A stretch of 64,000 nt of DNA from assembly GCA_934394435.1 (NCBI GenBank), contig CAKRRN010000008.1, positions 4,290 to 68,289 of the forward strand. Reading direction: 5' to 3'. Below the pieces are notes generated by a model. The model was not told where the DNA came from and searched no databases. It saw nothing but the letters and a program-made list of their open reading frames with translations. A program made the translations under genes and the position numbers. This DNA is from an uncultured Bacteroidaceae bacterium. GTDB lineage: Bacteria > Bacteroidota > Bacteroidia > Bacteroidales > Bacteroidaceae. Shown piece by piece: positions 18,288-28,200 of this stretch (position 1 is the first letter of the stretch; every line of letters begins with the position of its first letter).

Positions 18288-18579
18288 GTTAAACAAACAG
18301 TAAGCAAACAAAATGAAGTACAATATCTCAAAAAAAAGACCGCTTCAAAGATGCAAAATCTGGGCAAAAGGAGAGAATTTTTAGCACTTTTGCTCTCGCA
18401 AGTGTCTCGAGACATGTACGAAGCCATTGTGCCCACAATTTTCCCTTCGCTCGGAGCAAACATAAGTGGAGCGGAATTTCTGTATCACGACCTCTCATGG
18501 AAGGAAACGAGCGGTATGTAGACCTATCCTGGTGGCAGGAAATTTATCTTATGCAAAGATTTATCCATTCGGGGATTTT

Positions 18580-21303
18580 TTACGGTTTTTCCGTACGCAG
18601 CACATACGAGCCTGAGCCAACCTCCATGACTGTATATCCAGCCTTCTCCTGCACCTTACGGATGCCCTTGCCCGTTGGCGGAAACACTCGGAAACGGTTT
18701 GGAATGCTCACGCGTGCCTCGGTACCTGCAGGAATCTCAATGCGCCACACAAGGTTGTTTCCCTCGCGCTGCCATTCGCTCTTGATGGGCCCCGAAGCGC
18801 TCTGGTAGGCTGCTTTCACATGATGAAGTTCCTCTGGGAAGCAAGGTTTCATTTCCAGATGACGATACCCCCGTGTGCCCTCCATCTGTCTGATGCCAGC
18901 CAGATCTTCGTAGTACCATAGCAGGAGGTCGCCCAACAGCATTACATGATTGCCGCTGTTCATTGCTGGGTTGGCTGTATCACCGTTCCACAACTCCCAA
19001 ATGGTGGTGGCTCCGTGGTCAATCATGTATCCGTAACTGGGGTAGCTGCGCTGGGTGACTATTTTCATAGCCAGGTCTGTATGGCCACGGCGCGTCAGAC
19101 CACGCATCAGATGCTGCATGCCCAGCACGCCACAACTCACGTGACCTCCAAACTTATCTTCCGTCACGCGCACGATGTTTTCCATCACACGTTCCTCTGC
19201 ACCTGCTGGCACCAGTCCCAGCTCGAGCGACAGGAGGTTGGCTGTGACGGTGTTGTTGCTATACTGAGCCGTTTCGGGGTTGAAGAACTTGCGGTTGTAA
19301 GCCTCCTTGATGCTCTGTTGCAGCTTGGCATAGTATCTGACGTCTGCTCCCAGTCCCAGCTCTTCGCCCATCTCCATCATCATCCGTAGGCAGTCGTAGA
19401 AAACGGTGGTGCCCAGCACTCTGCCGTCTGTAATGCGCTCAGGATCTTGGCTGTTGATGAGTTCTTTGCTTTCGGGAGGCATACACCAGTCGCCATAATT
19501 GTCGCGCACAACCACACCGTCCTCCATCAGTTCATTCTCCACATACTGCATCCAGCGTCTGAGGGCAGGATAGTGCTCTCTGACAGCCTGCAGGTCTCCT
19601 TCGTGTCTGAAGAGCATGTAGGTGGCGTAGACGAATGCGGCTTGCCAGGTAACATTCTGGCTGTAGAGCTTCAGATGTACAGGACAGATGTCGCTCACGT
19701 GACCTCCGTCTAATTGGGTATCCTCAATGTCGTGCAGCCATTTGTAGTAGAGCGCGCTGTTGTCAAACAGTATGTTTTCGCCAAAACAACCTGTCACGCG
19801 GTCGCCTGTCCAACCCAAACGCTCGTCGCGCTGTGGACAGTCCATAGGCATACCTTGATAATTGCCCCGTATGCCCCACTGGGCATTGTGGAACAGCTGG
19901 TTGAGTAGCTCGTTGTCGCACTCAAATGTGGCACGCTCCTCCATGAGGTCGTATTGTACTTCGCCCAGGATGTCTCCCTGTGAGGGAGCTTTCGTCACTC
20001 CGCTGATTTCCACATAGCGGAAACCCTGGTACACGAGTGAGGGCTGATAGCAAAACGTGCCATCCACGGCGGGAATGTATGTGTTTGTACTTCGTGCGCT
20101 TCGCAGGTTGGCTGTATAGAGGCTGTCCTTATGCACAGGATCCAGAATCTCTGCATGGCGGATGACCACAGGTTGTCCAGCTCTGCCACGCAACTTGACG
20201 CGCAGTTGCCCCACCATATTCTGACCCATATCCACCAGGTAACGCCCCTCACCTGTTTGCCGTATGCTCTGGGGCTTCACGCTCAATTGGGTACGTCGGC
20301 CCGGACAAGGTTGTGGCAGTAGGCTTCCGCCAGGAGCATTCATACGTGTAGCATGCTCCCATGCTGAGTCGTCGAATCCAGGCTTTGTCCAGCCCTTCTC
20401 CTCCAGCCGTGCGTCGTAAAGTTCACCCGTATAGAGATTGTTTGAACGGATGGGTCCTCTCGTGCTGGCACGCCATTTCTCTGACGTGCCTACAACAAGC
20501 GTGTCGTGTGGTGTCTCTACCACCAATTGCGCCATGAGACGGGGCAAGCCAAATGAGGTGTGCTCACGCCTAAGTCCCAGAGCGTAGCCGTTGCCCAATA
20601 CCGTTGCGATGGCATTCTCGCCCTTGTGCAGGAGAGAGGTGACGTCGTAAGTGTTGTAATAGACTGTCTTGTCGTAACCGCTCAGAACCGTTCCGAACAC
20701 GTCTTGACTGACAGGTTGCCCATTGATGAATGTGCTGCTCACACCCATGCCGCTGATGTAAAGTCGCGCTCGCACTACCTTGTCTGCCACATGGAACTCG
20801 TGTCTCAGGTAGCGTGCCGCAAGGTCCTTGCAGCCTCCTTCTTCCACCACCACCTTGTCATCATCTTTCACTCCAATCCAGCTGGCACTCCAGTTGTTGT
20901 ATTTCAGTCCAGTCGTGAACTTTTCTACCGCGCTCTTCACACACTCGCCTGTGTTGAGCCACACGGTCACCTGCCAGTAGACGTCCTTCTGGCTGGGAAG
21001 TTTGCGCCCTTGATAAGGCACCTGAAGCGTTTCTGTACTCTCTACCCGTTCGGAGTCCCAAAGCAACTGGTCGCCCTGACGTTTAAGCTCGGCAACGCTG
21101 GGAGCTACCACGATACGATAAGCTACCTGCCAAACATCCTGTTTTCCACTCTCCACTTGCCATGAGAACTGAGCTGTGCGCATCACTCCTGCAGCCTCCG
21201 ACATACGGTTTACCCGCAGTCCCTTCACTCTGCTTGCAGCCAATCCCACTCCAATACTCAAAGCACAGAGCACTAACATCATCCATATTCTCTTCATCAT
21301 CAT
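18580..21303 (-). CDS. GH78-family alpha-L-rhamnosidase, secreted
   Basis: Signal peptide MMMKRIWMMLVLCALS. Rhamnosidase N-domain-like block ARLYISGMGVSSTFINGQPV...YNTYDVTSLLHKGENA and the DCPQRDERLGWTGD block. Confidence 0.8.
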   Translation of the reverse strand: MMMKRIWMMLVLCALSIGVGLAASRVKGLRVNRMSEAAGVMRTAQFSWQVESGKQDVWQVAYRIVVAPSVAELKRQGDQLLWDSERVESTETLQVPYQGRKLPSQKDVYWQVTVWLNTGECVKSAVEKFTTGLKYNNWSASWIGVKDDDKVVVEEGGCKDLAARYLRHEFHVADKVVRARLYISGMGVSSTFINGQPVSQDVFGTVLSGYDKTVYYNTYDVTSLLHKGENAIATVLGNGYALGLRREHTSFGLPRLMAQLVVETPHDTLVVGTSEKWRASTRGPIRSNNLYTGELYDARLEEKGWTKPGFDDSAWEHATRMNAPGGSLLPQPCPGRRTQLSVKPQSIRQTGEGRYLVDMGQNMVGQLRVKLRGRAGQPVVIRHAEILDPVHKDSLYTANLRSARSTNTYIPAVDGTFCYQPSLVYQGFRYVEISGVTKAPSQGDILGEVQYDLMEERATFECDNELLNQLFHNAQWGIRGNYQGMPMDCPQRDERLGWTGDRVTGCFGENILFDNSALYYKWLHDIEDTQLDGGHVSDICPVHLKLYSQNVTWQAAFVYATYMLFRHEGDLQAVREHYPALRRWMQYVENELMEDGVVVRDNYGDWCMPPESKELINSQDPERITDGRVLGTTVFYDCLRMMMEMGEELGLGADVRYYAKLQQSIKEAYNRKFFNPETAQYSNNTVTANLLSLELGLVPAGAEERVMENIVRVTEDKFGGHVSCGVLGMQHLMRGLTRRGHTDLAMKIVTQRSYPSYGYMIDHGATTIWELWNGDTANPAMNSGNHVMLLGDLLLWYYEDLAGIRQMEGTRGYRHLEMKPCFPEELHHVKAAYQSASGPIKSEWQREGNNLVWRIEIPAGTEARVSIPNRFRVFPPTGKGIRKVQEKAGYTVMEVGSGSYVLRTEKP

Positions 21304-21355
21304 CTTTTTCTTTATCTTTAGTTCTACTTAGTTTTTTTCCCCCTCCCTCAAGAAG

Positions 21356-24049
21356 TCAGATTCTTCCTGCCTGGGCTATCATGTTGCGCACATTCTTCAC
21401 AAATTCGCGGTCTGCCGCCAGTCGCTCCAGAGTGAGGTGCATGCGGTAACGCCAATAGTGGTGAGGATTGGCTGGAATGTTGATACGCTCTGACTCCACA
21501 TCGGGCGAAGCCAGCCTGTCACTGGTAGAGAGCCAGTCCTGCAGGCTCAGCAGACAGAGCATGGAGGGCGAATCCAGATGACGCTTTACAATCTCGCCAC
21601 ACAGCCAACTGGGCATCACCCTTGGTGCGTCGCCCTCATGATGGAGCACATGGCGCCAATAAAGGCTGGCTCGCTCGGGTTCCTCTTGCCACCAGCCACG
21701 CAGCGTAGGCATATCGTGAGTAAAAATCGTACATACGCTGCGGTAAGGATTATCTGCCAGGTTGGCAAAGAGCAGACCATAGGTCTTCGGCATGGTCTGT
21801 ATCTCAAGAGTGAGAATGCGCAAACGCTCCAACACGGGTTGCACACAACTGGGCACCATACCCAGATCTTCGGCGCACACCAACATGTGTGTGGACTCCA
21901 TCAAGACGGGTAGCACACGCATGGCGTGCTCCTCCCAGAGCTGCTCGTTTCGCTCATAGAAATAATGGTGATGGATACGGCGGAAGGCCTCCTGCTCTGA
22001 GGGTGTGAGAGCATGAAAGACAAACTCGCCATCAGCCCCTATGCGAGGATGAAACAGATGGTGGTGTTGCTCATCAGTAACGAAAAGCACCTGGGCGGTA
22101 AGGCGGAACAGTCCCTGGCGCAGACGTGTGGTACGCTCGGTGCCATCCTCGGGGAACCGCTCCAGTATCTGTCTCTGTGTGTGCAGACCTGTCTGCAGCC
22201 GATAGCGTCCGTTGGCAGACGGCTGTCTCTCCAGACAATGCTCTCTCACCCATCCTGCCAGATCCGCAAAGATGGCGTTGAGCACCGAATCCGTAATATA
22301 AGGCTCTGTCATCCACTCGCGCTTGAAGGGAAGCCCCATGCCCTCAATCTCCTCCTCGCTCATGCCAAGCGCAGGAGAGAAGTGGCCCAGCAGACCATCT
22401 ACGCAGCAGAGTGGAATCTGCCAGATGCGGAAGAAGCCCAGCACATGGTCAATACGAAATGCATCGAAATAGTGCGACATCTTCTCCAAGCGCGCACGCC
22501 ACCATTCGTAGCCATCCTGTGCCATTGCCTCCCAGTTGTAGGTGGGGAATCCCCAGTTTTGTCCTGTTGCGCTAAAGGCATCGGGCGGAGCACCAGCCTG
22601 ACAATCCATGTGGAAGAGTCCTGGAGAGGTCCAAGCCTCTACGCTTGACGGACTTATACCGATGGGGATGTCGCCCTTGAGCCACACGCCCATCTCGTGA
22701 GCATGTGCGGCAGCCTCTCTCAACTGCCTGTCAAGCAGAAACTGCACAAAGGCGTAATATCCTGTCTCCTGCGCCCTACCATCCACCAGGCTGCGTATCT
22801 TGCCAGCCTCGTAGACCGAATGCTCTGGCCATTGGGTAAAATCGCACGTGCCGTACTCATCGCGTAGCAGACAAAATGCCGTGTAAGGCAGCAGCCAGTC
22901 TTCGTTCTCGGAAAGAAACTTCTTGTATTCGTCAGTATCCATCGCCTCTGCCCCCTCTTGAGCGTAGAGCGCGTGTAGATAGTCGTGCGTCAGATGATTC
23001 ACCGCCTCGTAGTCTACTTGTGGCAGGGCATTCAGTTCAGCAGCTCTGGCTTCGAAGTGACTCATCTCTGCAAAGGACTTCAAGCGAGGTAGCTGTCTGA
23101 GGTCAACATACATGGGATGCAGAGCATAGATGCTGATGGCACTATAGGGATAACAGTCGCGCCATGTATGGGTCTGCGTGGTGTCATAGACGGGCAGCAG
23201 CTGTATGGCGTGCATACCTGTTTGTGCAGCAAAATCAGCCAAACTTGCCAAGTCTCCGAAGTCACCTGCCCCCTGGCTCCCCTCGCTGCGAAGTGAGAAG
23301 ACGGGAATCACCACTCCTGCCACACGCCACCGTCCTTCGGGCAGATGCAGATTATGGTCGCAGACCGCCAACACCGTAGAAGCAGCCACCGTCGAAAGCG
23401 AAGGGCTCTGACGGTTGTTTCCCTGCTCCCATTCCAGCACGCTGCCCGTCTGCTCATCGAGCACCACATACTTATATTCGAAGGGCATACGCAGCCCCTC
23501 TGCGTTTATAGAAAGAACCCATTCGCTGGAAGCCTCCTTCTGCATACGCATGGCCTGGCTGATGTTCCATCCACCCAATTGCGGTTGGTTGCCAACCAAA
23601 GCCAGCACCTGCCCTGCACCTAACTGGGGAGCCAGCACACGAAACACTATCGTACGTGCGTAATAGACGAGACACGATGCTCCACACGGGCGATGTGCTG
23701 GTGCGCCACTATGCTCGTAAGCCGAGGTAAACAGATGGTTGCTCTCTGGAATGTCGCGCCAGTAATCGGGAAAGACAAACGAAAGGTCATCCCGAGCAGG
23801 AAACCTTCTGGGCACGGCACACCACTCGCGTCTCACCACTCTGCCATCCTTCATCACCACGTATGAGTAAACAAACGCGCGTACATCGCGTCCGTGCAAG
23901 GTAAAACTCCCTGTCCACGAATGTCCGTCTTCCGTTGCAAGCGGAAACAATACGTGACCGCGTCCGCCACCCACTCGCTCTGTCTCAATCTCAACAGACA
24001 GGCTTTCGCCCCAATGCGTACGGTAATCTATGCTGAAAGTCAGTTTCAT
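21356..24049 (-). CDS. malQ: 4-alpha-glucanotransferase (GH77) with N-terminal starch-binding-like domains
   Basis: LLPVYDT...YPYSAISIYALHPMY, GDIPIGIS, NWGFPTYNW and FRIDHVLGFFRIW blocks. Start taken at MKLTFSIDYRTHWG (24049). The 24-codon upstream extension is I/Y-rich AT sequence. Confidence 0.9.
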   Translation of the reverse strand: MKLTFSIDYRTHWGESLSVEIETERVGGGRGHVLFPLATEDGHSWTGSFTLHGRDVRAFVYSYVVMKDGRVVRREWCAVPRRFPARDDLSFVFPDYWRDIPESNHLFTSAYEHSGAPAHRPCGASCLVYYARTIVFRVLAPQLGAGQVLALVGNQPQLGGWNISQAMRMQKEASSEWVLSINAEGLRMPFEYKYVVLDEQTGSVLEWEQGNNRQSPSLSTVAASTVLAVCDHNLHLPEGRWRVAGVVIPVFSLRSEGSQGAGDFGDLASLADFAAQTGMHAIQLLPVYDTTQTHTWRDCYPYSAISIYALHPMYVDLRQLPRLKSFAEMSHFEARAAELNALPQVDYEAVNHLTHDYLHALYAQEGAEAMDTDEYKKFLSENEDWLLPYTAFCLLRDEYGTCDFTQWPEHSVYEAGKIRSLVDGRAQETGYYAFVQFLLDRQLREAAAHAHEMGVWLKGDIPIGISPSSVEAWTSPGLFHMDCQAGAPPDAFSATGQNWGFPTYNWEAMAQDGYEWWRARLEKMSHYFDAFRIDHVLGFFRIWQIPLCCVDGLLGHFSPALGMSEEEIEGMGLPFKREWMTEPYITDSVLNAIFADLAGWVREHCLERQPSANGRYRLQTGLHTQRQILERFPEDGTERTTRLRQGLFRLTAQVLFVTDEQHHHLFHPRIGADGEFVFHALTPSEQEAFRRIHHHYFYERNEQLWEEHAMRVLPVLMESTHMLVCAEDLGMVPSCVQPVLERLRILTLEIQTMPKTYGLLFANLADNPYRSVCTIFTHDMPTLRGWWQEEPERASLYWRHVLHHEGDAPRVMPSWLCGEIVKRHLDSPSMLCLLSLQDWLSTSDRLASPDVESERINIPANPHHYWRYRMHLTLERLAADREFVKNVRNMIAQAGRI

Positions 24050-24186
24050 CCTTATATAATATATATAAATTACATGATAGATTGTACATGCAAATTTAGT
24101 GGAAAAGAGAGAGAGAGACAACTTTTTCTATAGAAACATCAATCAAATTCTTGGAGGTAATGTAGAAAAGATGTACCTTTGTCATA

Positions 24187-24443
24187 GAAACAAGCAAGCG
24201 AGCTACAGACCTACCGCACTGGTTCGACTGGGATACTCATCAATAATTTACATGAAACCGAGAAAAGTTTCATTTGCCAATGGCGGGCCACGCTCCGAAA
24301 GGAGTTCCGATGAGGACGGTGGATTACAAAGGCGATGAACACTCAAAACCTATTCATTCGGAGTTTCATCACATCACCAGTGCGGTTCCCATAGGAGCGG
24401 ACAGGAGTGCAACAAGACGCGCTTCTGCCCGCTCTCCTTTTTT
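24187..24443 (+). ncRNA. Candidate structured small RNA of unknown class
   Basis: ORF-free region. There is a -7-like TACCTTTG at 24174-24181, an 11-bp perfect long-range helix 24213-24223/24376-24386, a GNRA hairpin CTCC-GAAA-GGAG at 24293-24304 at the midpoint, and a T6-tailed stem at the 3' end. Confidence 0.4.
24394..24443 (+). terminator. Intrinsic terminator-like stem plus T6
   Basis: GGAGCGGACAG...CTGCCCGCTCTCC forms an imperfect stem followed by TTTTTT (24438-24443). Confidence 0.45.
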
Positions 24444-24752
24444 ATAGAAGCAAAAAGAAAACGGCTCTGTTTATTTTGGTTCGACCGATAAACCAATGGG
24501 AGCTTCGGAAGTAAAATCACAGGCATAACCTGTACTTATAAGCCAACCTGCTTGTCTGTACAAAGGATATAATAATAAGGTCCATACGAAACGGCTCAAT
24601 TTATTTTCTTAGTTGGAGAAAAATATTTTCCCAGTTAGGAAAAAAGAAAAGCCCTATTGTGGCCCACTATTATCGTTTCATAAAATGGATAGTGCGTCTA
24701 CCTTTTTACTCTGTTTATACTGTGAGAAAACGTATCTACGGAAATCAATAAA

Positions 24753-24949
24753 CCCAAATCGGTCACTAGACCGAAACAAAGAACCCATTCCTGCTGATGG
24801 ATAGTTCTTGCCAATCCCTATCAGCCTTTCTTCCGGCAGATTGTTTCCAGACTTGTCTTGACATAGCCCACTATGCCTTCGACACGTCTGAAAACAATCT
24901 GCTCGAAAAAAAAAACTAATATGAATCAGTATCTAATGACCGATTTGGG
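24753..24949. mobile_element. MITE-like element, 197 bp, with 18-bp TIRs (1 mismatch)
   Basis: CCCAAATCGGTCACTAGA (24753-24770) versus TCTAATGACCGATTTGGG (24932-24949). The interior is roughly 90% identical by eye, in inverted orientation, to 50534-50702. Confidence 0.7.
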
Positions 24950-24964
24950 ATAAAAAGTCACTCT

Positions 24965-25003
24965 AAAAAGTAAGCCGTCTTCATTGGCCAATGAAGACGG
25001 CTT
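24965..25003 (-). terminator. 32-bp perfect palindrome followed (minus strand) by a T5 run
   Basis: AAGCCGTCTTCATTGG/CCAATGAAGACGGCTT at 24972-25003. On the minus strand it is followed by ACTTTTTAG. It lies about 285 nt downstream of the mfd stop. Confidence 0.4.
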
Positions 25004-25053
25004 CAATAGCCTTTGAAGACGACTTACTTGGGCTTTGAAGACTATATTACTTG
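24992..25053. repeat. TGAAGAC motif repeated three times at exact 22-bp spacing
   Basis: TGAAGAC at 24992, 25014 and 25036, plus an inverted copy GTCTTCA at 24977. The last two units share GCYTTGAAGAC...TTACTTG. Confidence 0.6.
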
Positions 25054-25286
25054 CAATACCCCCTTAGCATCCATCCTTACCCTTGTGAAAACGGTTTCCT
25101 CTCTATTAGCCTGTCCTCGTCAAATTTCAGCTGAAGCTAATTCTATATTCCACCTCTTGGTTTATCTGGTAAGCCTATATTGTCTCTGAGCTTTACGACT
25201 ACACCTTGGAGGCTCTGATTCTACGGTGATGGTTCGTCCCTCTCCCCTCATCCACAAGAGAAAGGACCGAGGAAGCGTTGACTTCC

Positions 25287-28200
25287 TTAGTTTGCAGACG
25301 AAGAGGAACTGGCGGAAGCGTCTGGGCTGGTGCAGAGACTTATCTGGTGGAGAATGTCGAGCGCGGCTTTTACGGAAGGTACGTTGGTGAGGAGCAAACT
25401 GCGGTGCCCATTCTCCTCCTGAAGTCTGCAGAGATGGATGTTGGTGGTGGCAAAGGCAATAATCTGTCCGAAAGCCTGACTCTGGAAGAAGGTAGTGTGC
25501 TCGTTTGAGACAAAAAAGAGTCGCATGCGTGCCTTTTTGAGCACAATGCGTTCCGCTCCGAAATGACACGCCAGACTGCGCAGACTGACCACACGTATGA
25601 GTTCGTCAGCCTCTGCTGGGATGGGGCCAAAGCGGTCTTGCAGTCTGCGTCGGAAGTCGTTGACCTGAGCGTCTGTCTGGAGCGAGTCAAGTTCCCGATA
25701 CAGGAGCATACGCTCAGCGGATGTGGGCACGTATGCTTCGCTGAAACTCATGGGCAGATCGCTTTCGACAATACACTCGTCGGGCTGCAATACGCAGTCT
25801 TCTGCAGACGTCTCCTGTTGCTGCTCCGTCTGAGTCTGAAACTCCTCTCTCTTGAGCTCACTTACAGCCTGCGAGAGTATCTTCTGATAAGCTTCGTATC
25901 CCAGGTCGGCAATGAATCCGCTCTGCTCGGCTCCGAGCAGATTTCCTGCCCCACGTATGTCGAGGTCCTGCATGGCTATCTGTATGCCGCTACCAAGCGC
26001 TGAGAAGTTCTCGATGGCCTGCAGTCTTCGGCGTGCATCCTGTGGAAGAAGTGCCAGAGGGGGAGCCATCAGATAACAGAAAGCTTTTCGTGCGGCACGC
26101 CCCACGCGTCCTCTCATCTGATGCAGGTCGCTCAGTCCGAAGCATTGCGCCCCGTTGATGATGATAGTGTTGGCATTGGGGATGTCGAGTCCGCTCTCGA
26201 CGATAGTGGTGGAGAGAAGCACGTCGTAGTCGTAGTTGGCAAAGGAGAGCATTACCTGTTCGAGCTCTTCGCTGGGCATTCGTCCGTGTCCTACCGCCAC
26301 ACGCGCGTCGGGCACACAACGTAGAATAAGCGCCTGCAGGTCGGGAATCTGGCTGATACGTGGTGTGACGAAGAGTACCTGCCCTCCCCTGCTCATCTCA
26401 AATTCAATAGCCTGCGTGATAATCTGTGCACTAAAGGTGCAGAGCATCGTCTGTATGGGTCGTCTGTTGGGTGGAGGGGTCTGAATGACGCTGAGGTCTC
26501 TGGCTCCCATGAGACTGAACTGGAGTGTGCGTGGGATGGGTGTGGCGGTGAGCGTGAGCGTGTCGACGTTTGTCTTCATCTGCCGTAGCTTCTCTTTGGT
26601 AGAGACACCGAATTTCTGCTCCTCGTCAACGATAAGTAGTCCGAGGTCCTTGAAGCGAACGGTCTTTCCGAGGAGTTTCTGTGTGCCGATGAGAATGTCG
26701 ATACGTCCCTGTCGCAGGTCTTCGAGAATCGTTTTCGTTTGTGCTGCCGAGCGTGCACGACTGAGGTATTCCACCCGTACAGGCATGTCCTTGAGACGGG
26801 TAGAGAAGGTATGGAAATGCTGATACGCTAATATGGTGGTGGGCACAAGGAGCGCCACCTGCTTGCCGTCGGCACACGCCTTGAAGGCTGCCCTTACGGC
26901 AATCTCCGTTTTTCCGAACCCTACGTCTCCACATATGAGACGGTCCATGGGCTGTGCTTTCTGCATGTCTGCCTTCACCTCTCTGGTGGCTTTCTGTTGG
27001 TCGGGTGTATCCTCGTAAAGGAAACTGGCTTCGAGCTCGTGCTGAAGGTACCCATCGGGGCTGAAGGCAAATCCCTTCTCATGCTGCCGTTGGCTGTAGA
27101 GCCGTATGAGGTCGCGTGCAATGTCCTTGATGTGCGACTTGGTGCGTTGCTTCATACGCTCCCAGGCTCCTGTGCCAAGCGCGCTTAGGCGTGGTGGCTC
27201 GCCCTCTTTTGCTCTGTATTTCGACACCTTGTGGAGCGCGTGTATGGATACGAACACCACATCATCGTTCTTATAGATAATCTTGATGACCTCCTGCCAA
27301 GTATCACCATTCGGAATGCGCACGAGTCCGCCAAACCGTCCTATCCCGTGGTCAATGTGTACTACGTAGTCTCCTATCTGAAACTGCTGCAACTCCTTGA
27401 GCGTGAGTGCCAACTTGCCGTTTCGTGTGCGGTCGCTGCGCAGGGTGTAGCGATGGAAACGGTCGAAGATCTGATGGTCTGTGAAGCAGCATATCCGCAG
27501 GTCTGAATCGATAAATCCCGCGTGGAGTGTGTGATCAATAGGTGTGAATCGGAGGTCGCTCTGGCGGTCGCTGAAGATGGCTTCGAGCCGCTTTGTCTGA
27601 CTTTCTGCATCGGAAAGCACGTAGAGAGTGTAGCCCTGTCCGATATAGTCTTGGAAACAACGGAAAATGAGGTCGAAATTCTTGTGGAAGACAGGTTGAG
27701 CAAGGGTGTGCGCCTCGAGCGTGAGAGTATCCTCTGTGGCGGATTCTGCTGAGGAAACGGTGTGAGGGCCGAGTGTGACACTTCTGAAGGCTTGCAACTG
27801 CTGACGGAATTCGTTGGGACTGACAAGGAGCGTACGTTTCTCAAGGGGAAGTCCAGCAAGCATTCCTGCTGTGTCTGGGGTAGGAAGGTCCGTACGGGAG
27901 CCTGCTGCGGCTTTACCAGGAAGTGCGTCAAGAGTGTCGGCAGGATACTCTTCAGTCTGCTGCGAGACGATTGCCTGTGAGGTGAATCCCTCGTCCCAGA
28001 TCTGTCCGACAAGGTCTGCCACGTAAGCCGTATCGCACCCAACGAGCAACGTGTCTGAGGGGAGGAAAGAGAGAAAAGACTGCAAGGCGTAATCGCCCTC
28101 TCCTGCGGCAGAAGAAGGTATGATGCTGGCCTGTGTGAGACGCGAGACACTCAGCTGGTCTTGTACGTCGAAGAGGCGTATGCTGTCCACTTCGTCACCA

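Noticed and set aside
18279-18519. Short stop-bounded frame (…MQNLGKRREFLALLLSQVSRDMYEAIVPTIFPSLGANISGAEFLYHDLSWKETSGM) next to the MITE. It may be a fragment of a mobile-element gene.
   Set aside because: It is only about 56-80 codons, below what I can assign by eye, and has no motif. It is kept only as part of the flank description.
6057-18579. Calling the defence island an integrative mobile element (ICE, prophage or genomic island with att sites).
   Set aside because: No integrase, recombinase, transposase, tRNA target or clear flanking direct repeats are present. Only the compositional shift and nearby MITEs support horizontal origin.
24050-24121. 5' extensions of ORF-track entries: malQ to 24121, mfd to 28922, aminotransferase to 47552, helicase to 12203 (TTG), trpB2 to 48990 (TTG), AraC to 62528, lipoprotein to 50366.
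   Set aside because: The extensions are AT-rich or low-complexity, start at non-ATG codons or overlap neighbouring genes. Internal ATGs give N-termini that match the family patterns.
24211-24235. tRNA-like GGTTCGAC strings at about 24221 and about 24478.
   Set aside because: No acceptor, D or anticodon arms can be drawn around them. No tRNA or rRNA genes were found anywhere in the window.
27374-28150. 258-aa minus-strand ORF in an alternative frame inside mfd.
   Set aside because: It is S/R/P/T-rich low-complexity sequence. The mfd frame carries all the helicase motifs.
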